Part shown: in pieces, positions 46,407 to 56,820 of the stretch
How positions within the stretch are numbered: position 1 is the first letter of the stretch
Layout of the letters: each line of letters opens with the position of its first letter
IMG/VR virus record: IMGVR_UViG_3300028392_000053
Span: 1 to 64,000 of that record
Direction: 5' to 3' (one strand)
From: a virus
DNA: 64,000 bases
Program-made: the position numbers and the translations under genes
The notes under the pieces: model-generated
The model's input: the letters and a program-made list of their open reading frames with translations, nothing else
Told to the model about the DNA's origin: nothing
Databases searched by the model: none

Positions 46407-46677
46407 GTATGAATTGAAAGAGATTTTAACAAATAGTGTATCCACAGTTGTGTTTACTAAAATTGACGGTACCGAACGTGAATTGAAGTGTACACTTTTA
46501 CCGGAATATTTACCCGCAAAACCTGTTGTAGAGGGGCAACAACTTTTGACGGAGAACTTGCCAAGAGCAGAGAATCCTAGTACACTAGCAGTATGGGATA
46601 TGGAAAGTAACGGCTGGCGTTCTTTCCGAACCGATTCTGTTAAGGCTGTAATTACACATGAGACACGCATCAGTTAA
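46396..46677 (+). CDS. SH3/WYL_2-like beta-barrel protein
   Basis: FTKIDGTER...CTL, WDMESNGWRSFR. Confidence 0.75.
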   Translation: MFDKYELKEILTNSVSTVVFTKIDGTERELKCTLLPEYLPAKPVVEGQQLLTENLPRAENPSTLAVWDMESNGWRSFRTDSVKAVITHETRIS

Positions 46678-47749
46678 AGATTTTGAAAAAGCACTGTCTG
46701 GTGGAGAACCAACTTGGAAAAATGGCCAAGAATCACTATCAGCCGCTTTAAATTGGTATAACACACATTCTGATTATAAAGAAAGTAAAAAATTTACACT
46801 TTCTTATCTTAAAGAAATTGGTGCATCTAAAAAAGAAATCGAAGAAATCGAAAAGGTTTATGAAAACCATTTTCAAAATTTAGGTTTCATTTGCCGAATG
46901 AAACTGCGTGGCGCACCAATCACGGAAAAACAAGAAATGTGGATTTCCACTTTCATTGAAAAATTAAAAGGTAAAGTACCTGCACCAAAAAAGATTGAAA
47001 ATACTGAAGTTAAAGTAGTTTCAATCCAAGAACGTGTAGCAGAAAAAACACGTGATTACATAGGTGAGATAGAAGGTGCAATCGATGATTGTTTCTATTT
47101 GAGAGAATTCAAAAATGTTTTTGATCCTTATGAATTGATGCGTTCTTTAGAAATCAAAGGCGCACACACAAAATATATTGTGCCAGTTTATGAGAAAAAA
47201 CTAAAAGAAATTGAAATTGTCATTAAAGGTAAAGATGAGCAACTTGTTGAAGGTTATTCCTTTCTTTCCAAAAAACAATTAAAAGACTATGCTTCACTTT
47301 TAAAATGCATCATTGATGATTGTGGAAGAATTGCACATACTGCAAAACTTACACGTGCGCCTAGGAAGAAAAAAGTCAAACCTGTTGATAAGGTGATTGA
47401 AAAGTTGCAATTCAAAAAGGAAGACAATGAGTATAAGACTGCTTCTATTAATCCTGTTGATATTATTGGCGCTTCACAGTTGTGGATTTTCAATACAAAA
47501 ACCCGAAAACTTGGATGCTACAATGCAACGGATTCTGGTGGATTGAATATCAAAGGTACAACACTTACCAATTTCAATGAAGAAACTTCAGTACACAAAA
47601 CAATCCGTAAACCAGAAGTTGTTTTACCTGCAACACTGAAAGCTGGTAAAGTTGCACTACGGAAAGTGCTTCCCGACATTAATGCAGTCGAACAGGCCTT
47701 GACAGGTCGTATTAATTCTGATACAATATTACTCAGAGTAATTAAATAA
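46658..47749 (+). CDS. T4-like conserved hypothetical protein
   Basis: LWIFNTKTRKL, GRINSDTILL; upstream of rnh. Confidence 0.75.
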   Translation: MRHASVKDFEKALSGGEPTWKNGQESLSAALNWYNTHSDYKESKKFTLSYLKEIGASKKEIEEIEKVYENHFQNLGFICRMKLRGAPITEKQEMWISTFIEKLKGKVPAPKKIENTEVKVVSIQERVAEKTRDYIGEIEGAIDDCFYLREFKNVFDPYELMRSLEIKGAHTKYIVPVYEKKLKEIEIVIKGKDEQLVEGYSFLSKKQLKDYASLLKCIIDDCGRIAHTAKLTRAPRKKKVKPVDKVIEKLQFKKEDNEYKTASINPVDIIGASQLWIFNTKTRKLGCYNATDSGGLNIKGTTLTNFNEETSVHKTIRKPEVVLPATLKAGKVALRKVLPDINAVEQALTGRINSDTILLRVIK

Positions 47750-47757
47750 GGTATATT

Positions 47758-48609
47758 ATGATTCTTGTTGACTTAAACCAGGTTTTACTGGCAGGTCTTA
47801 TGGTCCAAATTTCTGGCCAGAAAAATGTAAAACTCGAAGAAGATTTAATTCGACACCTTGCATTGAATATCCTACGTGGTCATATTAAACAATTTCGCCA
47901 TGAATATGGTGAAGTTGTACTATGCTGTGACAATAAAAAATATTGGCGCAAAGAATTCTTTCCATTCTACAAAGCTGGACGTAAAAAGACACGTGAAAAG
48001 TCCGATTTAGACTGGCACCTGATTTTTGACATTCTTGGTAAAATCAAACAAGAACTTAAAGACAATTTCCCATATCGTGTTATTGATGTTGATGGTGCAG
48101 AAGCCGATGATATTATTGGAACACTTACACCAATTTATTCAAAAACTGAGAAAGTGTTGATTCTCTCAAGTGATGGTGACTTCTTACAACTTCAAATGTG
48201 GGGTAAGAATGTTAAGCAATATAATCCAACACAAAAGAAATTTCTTACTTCTAAAAATCCATTAGAAGAACTAAAGGCGAAGATTATTGGCGGTGACCGT
48301 GGTGATGGTATTCCAAATATTCTTTCACCGGGAGACACCTTTGTCCGAGAAATCCGTCAAAAGGTTATGACTGAAGCTAGGTTGACAACTTTCATGTCTG
48401 CAAACTATGGTGAATATGAAGATGAAACTGCACGTATTGGTTATTCGAGAAACCAGACTTTAATTGACCTCCGTCTAATTCCGGGTGAAATTAAAAATTC
48501 AATTATTGATACATATAATAATACAACGCCGGCCACTCGCTCTAAGTTAATACCTTATTTCATGGCCAAGAGACTTAAAAATTTGATGGATGTAATAGAG
48601 GAATTCTAA
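47758..48609 (+). CDS. rnh: T4-type RNase H (5'-3' exonuclease)
   Basis: ILVD, YKAGR, EADD, SSDGDFLQL, GDRGDG. Confidence 0.95.
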   Translation: MILVDLNQVLLAGLMVQISGQKNVKLEEDLIRHLALNILRGHIKQFRHEYGEVVLCCDNKKYWRKEFFPFYKAGRKKTREKSDLDWHLIFDILGKIKQELKDNFPYRVIDVDGAEADDIIGTLTPIYSKTEKVLILSSDGDFLQLQMWGKNVKQYNPTQKKFLTSKNPLEELKAKIIGGDRGDGIPNILSPGDTFVREIRQKVMTEARLTTFMSANYGEYEDETARIGYSRNQTLIDLRLIPGEIKNSIIDTYNNTTPATRSKLIPYFMAKRLKNLMDVIEEF

Positions 48610-49031
48610 TGAGAAAAAATGTTTATGAAGTGTTTGATGAATTTGAAAAAGCAGATTCGAAACAAGATAAGATTAATGTACTTGCCAACAATTGGACACC
48701 AACAGTAAAATTGGTACTTCAATTGGCATATCGACCTGAAATGGAATGGAAGTTTAAGGATTATCCAAAAAGATATAAGAAACCGGATACAAAACCCGGA
48801 ATCTCTTATGCCACACTTGATACTGAACTTAAACGACTTTATATGTTTCGTGTTGGTAATGAAACCGCCGAGAAGTTGACAGAAAAACGTGCAGAAGAAA
48901 TTCTCATGGTTTTATTGGAATCTCTTGAACCCCTTGAAGCGGATGTTGTTATTGGAATTTTTAAGAAAGATTTGGGTGTTAAAGGATTGACATATAAGTT
49001 TATCCGTGATAACATTCCTGATGTATTATAA
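48609..49031 (+). CDS. T4-like conserved hypothetical protein
   Basis: Typical gene downstream of rnh. Confidence 0.7.
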   Translation: MRKNVYEVFDEFEKADSKQDKINVLANNWTPTVKLVLQLAYRPEMEWKFKDYPKRYKKPDTKPGISYATLDTELKRLYMFRVGNETAEKLTEKRAEEILMVLLESLEPLEADVVIGIFKKDLGVKGLTYKFIRDNIPDVL

Positions 49032-49048
49032 ACAAACGGAGAAAAAAA

Positions 49049-49234
49049 GTGGGAAAATTTGTTCCTAAGTTTCGTCCATTTGATGATGAATATTCGAGTG
49101 AATATAATTCATCAAAGGAATTTAATAAAAATAAGAAGCGTAAAAAAGAAGTTACAGAGTTACGAAGGATGCGCCAGCGTCAACATGATGATAACGATTA
49201 TGGTTTTTTAGAAAAACGTTACACTAAGTTGTAA
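49049..49234 (+). CDS. small basic hypothetical protein
   Basis: GTG start after GGAG. Confidence 0.5.
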   Translation: MGKFVPKFRPFDDEYSSEYNSSKEFNKNKKRKKEVTELRRMRQRQHDDNDYGFLEKRYTKL

Positions 49235-49279
49235 AAAAACAACAAACCTCTTGACTTTTATCTTTAAATCGATTATAAT
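49227..49279 (+). promoter_or_regulatory. promoter with GTTG-N8-CAAC palindrome
   Basis: Palindrome 49227-49244, TTGACT 49251, TATAAT 49274. Confidence 0.7.
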
Positions 49280-49306
49280 AGGGATATTCGATCTTGGAGA
49301 TATATT

Positions 49307-49642
49307 ATGATGATATACATTAGAACTGGAAAATCCAAACCCAAACTCAAGCCTAAAAAAGAGCGTGAGGAATATGAGGCTTGGTTAGCTAAACACCAGA
49401 TTCCAATTACTAAAAAGGTGATGCCGAGTGTCCAACCGTGGCCATATACATTATCGGGTTCTATTCGTGAAACCAGAAAAATTCCATCGTTAAATTCTTC
49501 AGTGATGGATGGCGGAACTGTTAAACCTAAACATTTTTACACAGGTGATAAAATGCTAGGTATTGGAACTCTACATAAGTCTAATGCTGTTCCTGTTTTT
49601 TCTGTTGAAGAAGCACAAGATATGGCAAAAATGCGGAGATAA
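49307..49642 (+). CDS. T4-like conserved hypothetical protein
   Basis: YTG...GIGTLHKSNAVPVF. Confidence 0.75.
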   Translation: MMIYIRTGKSKPKLKPKKEREEYEAWLAKHQIPITKKVMPSVQPWPYTLSGSIRETRKIPSLNSSVMDGGTVKPKHFYTGDKMLGIGTLHKSNAVPVFSVEEAQDMAKMRR

Positions 49643-49644
49643 AA

Positions 49645-49770
49645 ATGAAGATAACAATCAAGATACCAAAACCAGTTTGTCGTACTCCTATCAAACCTGC
49701 ACAAAAACACAGGATTGAGACAAAGTACAATCGTCAACCTAAGCACCGTCAAAAGGAAAATTATGCTTAA
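49645..49770 (+). CDS. 41-aa basic peptide (ArfA-like tail)
   Basis: MKITIKIPKPVCRTPIKPAQKHRIETKYNRQPKHRQKENYA; GGAG RBS. Confidence 0.55.
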   Translation: MKITIKIPKPVCRTPIKPAQKHRIETKYNRQPKHRQKENYA

Positions 49771-49901
49771 TGAAAGAGAAGTCCAAAAAATCGCCGATAA
49801 GTTGGAAAAAATGAATTATGAAGAAGTTATGGAGACATTGATGCAGGTAAACCTTCTAGTTGCAGAAAAACAGAATAAAATCGTTTTTTTGGAGTGTGAT
49901 T

Positions 49902-50225
49902 ATGTACACTGATACACAAAGACTCGCAAAAGCGATAATTCAAAGTGATCCTGAGTTGGCCAACGACATTTATTTTGCTTTAGATGAGGAATTAGTTGGA
50001 AAACGACAACCATGGGAACATCTAAGTGAAATTGTGCATCAGTGGGTAAATCCTAAGCCAAAAACTTATGGTCCGATTCAAATTGAAGATGCGGATGACG
50101 ATTCAGGAGACGGAATTCTGACTTTTCCTCCGGAATTAATCGAAGAAACCGGTTGGAAAGAAGGAGACACACTAAATCTTGAAGTTTCCGAAGCCGGAAC
50201 GCTAATTATCACAAAAAAAGAGTAA
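49902..50225 (+). CDS. protein with C-terminal AbrB/MazE-like domain
   Basis: ILTFPPELIEETGWKEGDTL...LII. Confidence 0.65.
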   Translation: MYTDTQRLAKAIIQSDPELANDIYFALDEELVGKRQPWEHLSEIVHQWVNPKPKTYGPIQIEDADDDSGDGILTFPPELIEETGWKEGDTLNLEVSEAGTLIITKKE

Positions 50226-50238
50226 TTTGTGACAAATT

Positions 50239-50290
50239 TGTGACAAAAAAACAACAAAGCACTTGACATTTTCTGTGGCTGTGTTATAAT
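50239..50290 (+). promoter_or_regulatory. strong sigma70-type promoter with palindrome
   Basis: TGTGA-N8-CAACA, TTGACA 50263, TGTTATAAT ending 50290. Confidence 0.75.
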
Positions 50291-50317
50291 ACATACTACA
50301 GACTCACAAGGAAACAC

Positions 50318-52531
50318 ATGTTAGTTGAATCAAAATCCAATCTTGCACGCCTCATGGCTACCGAAAACCTGATTGTCGAACAACGTCAGGTTCCGACAGC
50401 ATTTTTCGATATTAAAAATCGTGTTTTGACAGTTCCTGTTCTAAACGGCAATCTTTCTAACGAAGTAATTGATCTTCTCCTTGGTCACGAAGTTGGACAC
50501 GCACTGGAAACTCCAGAACAAGGTTGGCACGATTCTATTGTTGACCTCAAAGTCAATCGTTCAATTCTTAACGTGTGTGAAGATGCACGTATCGAAAAGA
50601 AAATCAAACGTAAATTTCCTGGTATCCGTATTTCCTTTGTCAAAGGTTATCGTGAACTGATGGAGATGGACTTCTTTGGCACCGAAGGTAAAAACCTCAA
50701 TACAATGAATTTCATTGACCGAATCAACCTTTACACTAAAGGTGGTGCGGCTCAAGGTATCGATTTCAATTCCGAAGAATATTCTCTGGTGCGTGAAGTT
50801 GAAGATGCTGAAACATTTGAAGAAACTGTGGCAATTGCCATGAAAATTCAAAAGTTTATGAAAGAACAACCAGAAAAGCCAAAAACTCAACCGAAAAAAG
50901 ATGAGAACTCACAAGGAAACGAAGAACCTGGTGAAGAACCTGGTGGAGAAGTTGGTGGTCGTATGAATTTCGATTTCAATGAACCTCAAGAACAAGCGGA
51001 AGGCGAATCGAAACCAAAAGAAGGTGATCCTAAAGAAGGTGACCTTACCGCAGGTTCTTCCAGTGAAGAAGAATTGGCCAAAGAAGAAAAAGAAGGTGAA
51101 TCTCCACTTGAAACTGGTGGAACAGGTTCTGCCGGTTCAGACGATACTAAGATTGAATCAGAGACCGACAATGCTTTCCGTGAAAAAGAAAAACAACTGT
51201 ATTCTGATGAAAAGCGGAAAGATGTTATGTATTCTAACATTCCCGAAATCATTCCAGAAAATATCATTGTCGGTCACAAAACTTTGATTTCTGAAATTGA
51301 ACGGTACAATTCAGAAACATTTCGTAACGAATGGTTTTATCCAGAAAAAATGCGTCAGAATTTTAGCAAGTTTCGGAATGAATCAAACAAGGTTGTTTCT
51401 TACCTTGTCAAAGAATTTGAAATGCGTAAGAATGCTGAACAGCAAACACGCGCACAAATCTCTAAGACTGGTGAACTCAACATGTCCAAAATCCATGAAT
51501 ACAAATTCACGGATGACATTTTCGCACGGATGACAAAAGTACCAAATGGTAAATCCCACGGCTTGGTGATGTTCATTGATTGGTCTGGTTCCATGTGTGA
51601 CCATATGAGTCCAACAGTGAAACAACTATTGAACCTTGTGATGTTCTGCAAGAAGGTTAATATTCCTTATGAAGTGTATGCATTTACAACAGGAACAATG
51701 TTAGATCGAGAATACAGGCAAACTCAAAAGTTGAAAGTTGGTGATTTGCTTGTCCATGACTTCTCGCTACTCAACATTCTTTCGCACAAGATGAGTGCAA
51801 ATGAATTCACAAAGATGGCATCATTCCTGCTTGATTATGGTACTGGTCGCCGTGGTACTTGTACAAACATGGAACCTCCAAGTATTATGGAACTCGGTGG
51901 TACTCCACTCAACGAAGCAGTGATTGCCGCATTCAAACTGATTCCCCAATTTAAAACAGATAACAAACTTCAAATTGTAAATACTGTGTTCCTGACTGAT
52001 GGTGAAGGTTCTTCATTATCAGGTAGAATTGAAACCCTTGATGGTAAACGTTATGAAATCACGAATGCTGATGCTAACTGGAAAATGCGTTCTTTCTTCC
52101 GTGACACTGTGACTAAAGCATCGGTTGAAGTTACTGAATCTGGTTATGGTTATGGTGGGCGCGGTGTTTCTCAAACCACTGCACTCCTGAAACTATTGAA
52201 GCAACGCACGAATGCAAATGTTGTTGGTTTCTATGTTGCAAAGGTTCGTGATATTCGTAATGCACTGACACTCTATACACCAAAAGATGAACAAGTAAAA
52301 ACTGAAAGGCTTGTGGCAGAGTTCCGCAAAAATAACTTTACGTATCTAAATAACGTTGGATACGATGAATATTACTTCCTCCGTTCCGATAAACTGGACA
52401 CCGATGAAGATGATGAATTCGAAGTTTCTTCAACAACGACACGTGGGCTTGTCTCCGCTTTTTCTAAGTACACAAGCAACCGTGTTTCTAATCGTATCGT
52501 GTTGAATCGCTTCATTAACTTAATTGCATGA
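50318..52531 (+). CDS. HExxH metallopeptidase-like + vWA (CobT-like) protein
   Basis: HEVGH, EDARIE, acidic linker, DWSGSM, GGTPL, LTDGE. Confidence 0.88.
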   Translation: MLVESKSNLARLMATENLIVEQRQVPTAFFDIKNRVLTVPVLNGNLSNEVIDLLLGHEVGHALETPEQGWHDSIVDLKVNRSILNVCEDARIEKKIKRKFPGIRISFVKGYRELMEMDFFGTEGKNLNTMNFIDRINLYTKGGAAQGIDFNSEEYSLVREVEDAETFEETVAIAMKIQKFMKEQPEKPKTQPKKDENSQGNEEPGEEPGGEVGGRMNFDFNEPQEQAEGESKPKEGDPKEGDLTAGSSSEEELAKEEKEGESPLETGGTGSAGSDDTKIESETDNAFREKEKQLYSDEKRKDVMYSNIPEIIPENIIVGHKTLISEIERYNSETFRNEWFYPEKMRQNFSKFRNESNKVVSYLVKEFEMRKNAEQQTRAQISKTGELNMSKIHEYKFTDDIFARMTKVPNGKSHGLVMFIDWSGSMCDHMSPTVKQLLNLVMFCKKVNIPYEVYAFTTGTMLDREYRQTQKLKVGDLLVHDFSLLNILSHKMSANEFTKMASFLLDYGTGRRGTCTNMEPPSIMELGGTPLNEAVIAAFKLIPQFKTDNKLQIVNTVFLTDGEGSSLSGRIETLDGKRYEITNADANWKMRSFFRDTVTKASVEVTESGYGYGGRGVSQTTALLKLLKQRTNANVVGFYVAKVRDIRNALTLYTPKDEQVKTERLVAEFRKNNFTYLNNVGYDEYYFLRSDKLDTDEDDEFEVSSTTTRGLVSAFSKYTSNRVSNRIVLNRFINLIA

Positions 52532-53078
52532 TATGATTAAAATTATAGATGACGTACTCTCTCAAGGTTATATTGACGAACTCCTAGCATGGAACGATGG
52601 AACAAAGGCATCTGATGTTTGGGCTTCAAACCAGACAAAATGGATTGATGTTCTTAAATATGCTACGACTGGTACAATACTTTCGAGGGCGCTTCCGGAC
52701 GAATGGAAGAATCCAATTTATTATGATTTAGCGAATCGTGGAAAGTTGGATTATCTTCCATACTCATCTTCGGCCATTCTCTATATGGGTTTCTCCACTT
52801 CTTGTGTAAATTGGCATCCAGACTATCCTGATTATGATGCAATGTCAATTTACCTCAACAAAGAATGGGATTCAAATTGGGGTGGTTGGTTTGCATGGAC
52901 AGAAGAAGATAAGGGTGTAGATTCGCCGAATATCAATCCAAAACGAGGACAGTTCTACTCTCCACAATACAATACAGCCGTGTACTCAACAGAGAGGGAA
53001 TGGCATTGTACGACTCCAATTGCTACTACAGCACCACCTAGAATTTCTATTCAACTATTCTTCTCAAAGAAGCCATGA
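52524..53078 (+). CDS. 2OG-Fe(II) oxygenase (prolyl hydroxylase-like)
   Basis: WHPD, IYLN..W...WGG, WHC, RISIQ. Confidence 0.82.
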   Translation: MHDMIKIIDDVLSQGYIDELLAWNDGTKASDVWASNQTKWIDVLKYATTGTILSRALPDEWKNPIYYDLANRGKLDYLPYSSSAILYMGFSTSCVNWHPDYPDYDAMSIYLNKEWDSNWGGWFAWTEEDKGVDSPNINPKRGQFYSPQYNTAVYSTEREWHCTTPIATTAPPRISIQLFFSKKP

Positions 53079-53470
53079 CTTTACGAAAAAAAAAATTTAA
53101 GGCGGCTCTGATAAAGTATAAACATGTGGGTGTCGAGGGTGAAGTTTGGTTCTGGATTAATCCAAGTTCTGGAACAAAACTATCACCACAGTTTACGACA
53201 CATTCCGAAGCTGAGTATTGGTTTGATTCTGTGATAGCCATACACAATGAGACTTATGATTTTTTAGACCGAATCAAAAACGGAAAGTTTTACACACTAA
53301 AAGGTAGAATTGATGTTGGTGATGTAATCTCTTCCAAAAAAGCGAACGAATGCCCCTTTACAATGCACCTGAATGATGATATACTTGAGTTAGAGGTCCT
53401 CTCTACCTCCTTTGAAAATGCAAAGGAACGAGCAGAGGAGTATTTTGAAATTTTAGAATGGATAGAATGA
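53075..53470 (+). CDS. hypothetical protein
   Basis: ATGA overlap in operon. Confidence 0.6.
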   Translation: MTLRKKKFKAALIKYKHVGVEGEVWFWINPSSGTKLSPQFTTHSEAEYWFDSVIAIHNETYDFLDRIKNGKFYTLKGRIDVGDVISSKKANECPFTMHLNDDILELEVLSTSFENAKERAEEYFEILEWIE

Positions 53471-53667
53471 TGAAAACATATACGATACTTATCTACCTTG
53501 CATTTGTTATAGCCGCAATTACCCTCGGACCTCTTGCAACAATTTGGTCAATCAACACACTTTTCACACTCACGATTCCGTACACACTTGAAACATGGGG
53601 AGCAGTAGTATGGCTCACAATGGTAACATTCGGTAACGTGGTATCAACAATCAGGTCCAAAAAATGA
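53458..53667 (+). CDS. small membrane protein
   Basis: Two hydrophobic segments. Confidence 0.6.
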   Translation: MDRMMKTYTILIYLAFVIAAITLGPLATIWSINTLFTLTIPYTLETWGAVVWLTMVTFGNVVSTIRSKK

Positions 53668-53921
53668 TTTCAGAAAAAACTATAGGAATAGCGAATAGAG
53701 CAAGAGACTATCTGAAAGAAAACGTAATCTATACCTCAGAGGAAGTAGAGTATGGTTACACACAAAAGGTAATTGAAATCGCTCTTGAGGAAGCTATCGA
53801 AGCCGTAAATAGGGCTAACCTAAAGGATCGAACATTTACAACATATGATGAGAGTATGATGAATTTCTGTAGAGAGAGAGTAAAGAAAGAAATCGAAGGA
53901 ATTATCGGAGAACAGAAATGA
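53664..53921 (+). CDS. hypothetical protein
   Basis: ATGA overlap. Confidence 0.6.
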   Translation: MISEKTIGIANRARDYLKENVIYTSEEVEYGYTQKVIEIALEEAIEAVNRANLKDRTFTTYDESMMNFCRERVKKEIEGIIGEQK

Positions 53922-54157
53922 ACCTAGCTGATTACTTTAGAGATAACCGATACAAACCGACATTCGAAATGGGTGAAAGAGTATTCGGAAAGAAAGAAGG
54001 TATACCCTTCATTGGAACGGTAGGGAACGACACCGAAATCTCTAAGGAAGAAGGACCAAGAGTATCGATACACCTCGACCTTCCATTCCCAAAGAACAAG
54101 AGTTCTATATTGGTAGTGAAGCCAGAGGTACTCAAGAGACTGAAAAGCTATGACTAA
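53918..54157 (+). CDS. hypothetical protein
   Basis: ATGA overlap; PFIGTVGND. Confidence 0.6.
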   Translation: MNLADYFRDNRYKPTFEMGERVFGKKEGIPFIGTVGNDTEISKEEGPRVSIHLDLPFPKNKSSILVVKPEVLKRLKSYD

Positions 54158-54359
54158 ACGCTGGAGTATCTCCTTCCCTGGAGAGTTTGACCAAGATGTG
54201 GTGGAGACATGGACAGAGGAACAAATCCTGAAGTCCTACTACACGTATTGGTCAACTAAGATGATTCAGGTGGGAAAGGGTGACGATATTTCAAAAGAAC
54301 GTTGTATCGAAGACTGGTGCATAGTCCACTGGGCATGGGAAAATTTCGAAAAAGTGTAG
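54150..54359 (+). CDS. Trp-rich hypothetical protein
   Basis: CIEDWCIVHWAW. Confidence 0.6.
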   Translation: MTKRWSISFPGEFDQDVVETWTEEQILKSYYTYWSTKMIQVGKGDDISKERCIEDWCIVHWAWENFEKV

Positions 54360-54519
54360 TGGGGTCCGGAGAAAATTCCAGCTGGGAAGAAAACTCGAAA
54401 ATGTGCTTCCGGCCCCAGAAAATAAAAATGGGAAGAAAAGAGTTTGGGCCATAGCACAACATTACTTACACTATGATACCTTTAAGGGCACTGCCCCTGG
54501 ACCTTTAAGGCGTGAGCAC

Positions 54520-54546
54520 AAAAAAAGAGGTGCCAAAGCACCCCCT
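54520..54546 (-). terminator. intrinsic terminator for leftward operon
   Basis: GGTGC/GCACC hairpin followed by T-run on minus strand. Confidence 0.55.
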
Positions 54547-54566
54547 AAACCACTGCCACCTAACCT

Positions 54567-54671
54567 TTAGCCTACCACGCGCCACACCCACAGGTCCAGC
54601 GCCACCACCACCAAGCCTAACACCAGCACCACCTGGAATGCCAGGTTCTCCCACTTATTTTCTGAAAACAT
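54567..54671 (-). CDS. 34-aa membrane peptide
   Basis: MFSENKWENLAFQVVLVLGLVVVALDLWVWRVVG with AAGGA RBS. Confidence 0.5.
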   Translation of the reverse strand: MFSENKWENLAFQVVLVLGLVVVALDLWVWRVVG

Positions 54672-54685
54672 AATAATTCCTTTAT

Positions 54686-54916
54686 TTAAACCGAATGGCC
54701 ACGGGCATCCATCATTTCCGAGAGGATGAATTTAGCCACGTTCAATTGCTTCCGCATCGCCTCATTGTGGCCCATAGCCTGTAGTTCCTGACAATCGGAC
54801 AGGATGCCCATGACCACCATCTCCAAACCAGAGAATTTAGCGGTGATGGAGCCCATGTACTGGTCACGGATGTCGGCTTGGCTCATGCCATAGCACTTGG
54901 TTTCGAATTCTGTCAT
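54686..54916 (-). CDS. hypothetical protein
   Basis: Start MTEFETKCYG after AAGGA and promoter. Confidence 0.65.
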   Translation of the reverse strand: MTEFETKCYGMSQADIRDQYMGSITAKFSGLEMVVMGILSDCQELQAMGHNEAMRKQLNVAKFILSEMMDARGHSV

Positions 54917-55007
54917 TTTGGTTCCTTTTCTTAACAACATGGTTGGATTATGGCGGAAGGGCATGGTTTTGGCAACCATGCATGGAATACACCACCGGAC
55001 TGTAAGG

Positions 55008-55229
55008 TCAATCCAGGAGCACCATGTAAGCCTTGGCATAGTGGCGCCTGAACCAATCCAGCCCCTTTTGCATTCTCTTATAATCACCGACCATTTGGCA
55101 ACCCATAATGGTATCGTATACCGCCACTGCCTCTGGAGATAATGTAATGGATTCTCCTGAGAATGGATTGGTTACCACCTCATTCTCGGTTCCAACCATG
55201 CATTCGAATGGTAATTTGATTTTGGACAT
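55008..55229 (-). CDS. hypothetical protein
   Basis: NPFSGE..L...AVYD.I.G motif; AAGGA RBS. Confidence 0.65.
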   Translation of the reverse strand: MSKIKLPFECMVGTENEVVTNPFSGESITLSPEAVAVYDTIMGCQMVGDYKRMQKGLDWFRRHYAKAYMVLLD

Positions 55230-55245
55230 AATGTTTCCTTTCAGT

Positions 55246-55995
55246 TTAAACGGATGCCATCATAATGGCGGGATACTTTACAAAGCCAGTATTATCTTTT
55301 TTGGCTTTACCTTTGGCATATAAACCAACAACCACATTCGAAGGATCAAGGAAGCGGAGGTCCGATTCGTCACCATTGAATACTGGCATATTGAGATAAT
55401 CGGCAGGCATTGGGAGGGTTTTCTTAATACCAAACACCACTGCCACGTTATAACCCTGGAGAATGGCATTCGAAACGTCCGAATCATTACCATCGGCTGC
55501 CGAAAATGTCAGGTGATAATTAGGATAATCCTTGATTTTACGTCCGAGAATCTTGGTATAATCATAGAATTGTAATTCAGGGAATGCCATGAAAATGTTT
55601 TTATATTCCACACCATTACGGATAGCGGCATACTTTTCAAAGGAAAGGTCGGAAGTACCATTCAGGCGAATAACTGGAATCATGGAGATTTTCTCCGATT
55701 GTTTAATCGCCAATTCAATATCCTTTACCAACAAAGCCATAAAGGTTTCGCGGTTATTGAAAAACAATTGGGTTTTGCGGATACGCGCCTTTTGAATGAC
55801 GTTGGTATTCTCGCCTTTTTTGAACATACCACCACGTCCTGCGGTATTGAGGCAAGCGGCCGTGCAACCAGCGGTTGCCTTAGGGCAGGTATTGAAACCG
55901 GAGAGGGAGGCTGGTGCAAGGTGCAGGATGTAAGTATTGAAACCGCGAACCATGCCTTTGAGGACCTTAGGATTGCCAGTGGAGAGTAAATTCAT
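55246..55995 (-). CDS. GP88-like (radical-SAM-like) phage protein
   Basis: CP.A..GC...C, RLNGTSD, FYDYTK, DLRFLD. Confidence 0.75.
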   Translation of the reverse strand: MNLLSTGNPKVLKGMVRGFNTYILHLAPASLSGFNTCPKATAGCTAACLNTAGRGGMFKKGENTNVIQKARIRKTQLFFNNRETFMALLVKDIELAIKQSEKISMIPVIRLNGTSDLSFEKYAAIRNGVEYKNIFMAFPELQFYDYTKILGRKIKDYPNYHLTFSAADGNDSDVSNAILQGYNVAVVFGIKKTLPMPADYLNMPVFNGDESDLRFLDPSNVVVGLYAKGKAKKDNTGFVKYPAIMMASV

Positions 55996-56255
55996 TTTTT
56001 GACCTTTGTTTGATTGTATGAGTGTATTATACCACAATTGGAGAGAATGGCAACCATCCTCGGAATAGTTGACCGGCTGGCTGGGTATTGGAGTGGGGGC
56101 TTGCCTTCCCTGCTGGTTGTGGTATAATTGATCCTATGATTCGAAGCAAAGGCGGGGTGGACGTGGAGGCTGGGCACCATAATAATACACCATCCCTCCG
56201 GTCGACTATTATTTCAATGGTTGCCAAACCTGCTGGAACCTGTAGAATCCAACCC

Positions 56256-56468
56256 ATGATAAACACAAAAACCTACACCGCCGAATACCACGATAAAACC
56301 ATGGACTTCCGTGTGGTCCGCTGGACACCAATGGTTGACGGTATCCGCATGGGTACCAATGTTGACCGATTCGACACCGAACAGGAAGCCATGGAAGTGT
56401 CTCGAATCCTGAACCAAGCCGAGGACCTGAGCCTGTACCTGGACCAGTCCTGCGAATTTGATACCTGA
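56256..56468 (+). CDS. early hypothetical protein
   Basis: ORF following promoter cassette. Confidence 0.5.
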   Translation: MINTKTYTAEYHDKTMDFRVVRWTPMVDGIRMGTNVDRFDTEQEAMEVSRILNQAEDLSLYLDQSCEFDT

Positions 56469-56550
56469 CCGGATTGGTCAAGTATTATTCGAATGGTTGC
56501 CAAACCTGCTGGTTATGCTATAATTCACCCATATTTTGAAAGGACACCCA

Positions 56551-56736
56551 ATGAAATTTATGACCTTCCCCCAAGCCATGGAAATTGTCTCCCAATTCGG
56601 CTATGCTAATAAGTGCGAATCCTTATTGGTCGCCATTTCCGATATGGAAGACAATTGGGACAATTTATCGTTGGATGAAATTGCCGCCTATAACGTGATT
56701 ATATCGGAATATGATATGATTGCGGAATTGGCTTAA
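56551..56736 (+). CDS. early hypothetical protein
   Basis: Promoter plus AAGGA RBS. Confidence 0.55.
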   Translation: MKFMTFPQAMEIVSQFGYANKCESLLVAISDMEDNWDNLSLDEIAAYNVIISEYDMIAELA

Positions 56737-56820
56737 CCCAGTAAATCGGTCAAGTATTGGTTGCCAAACCTACCGAAACCTGTATAATTAGACCCATATT
56801 GTAAAAGAAAAGGAAAGAAA

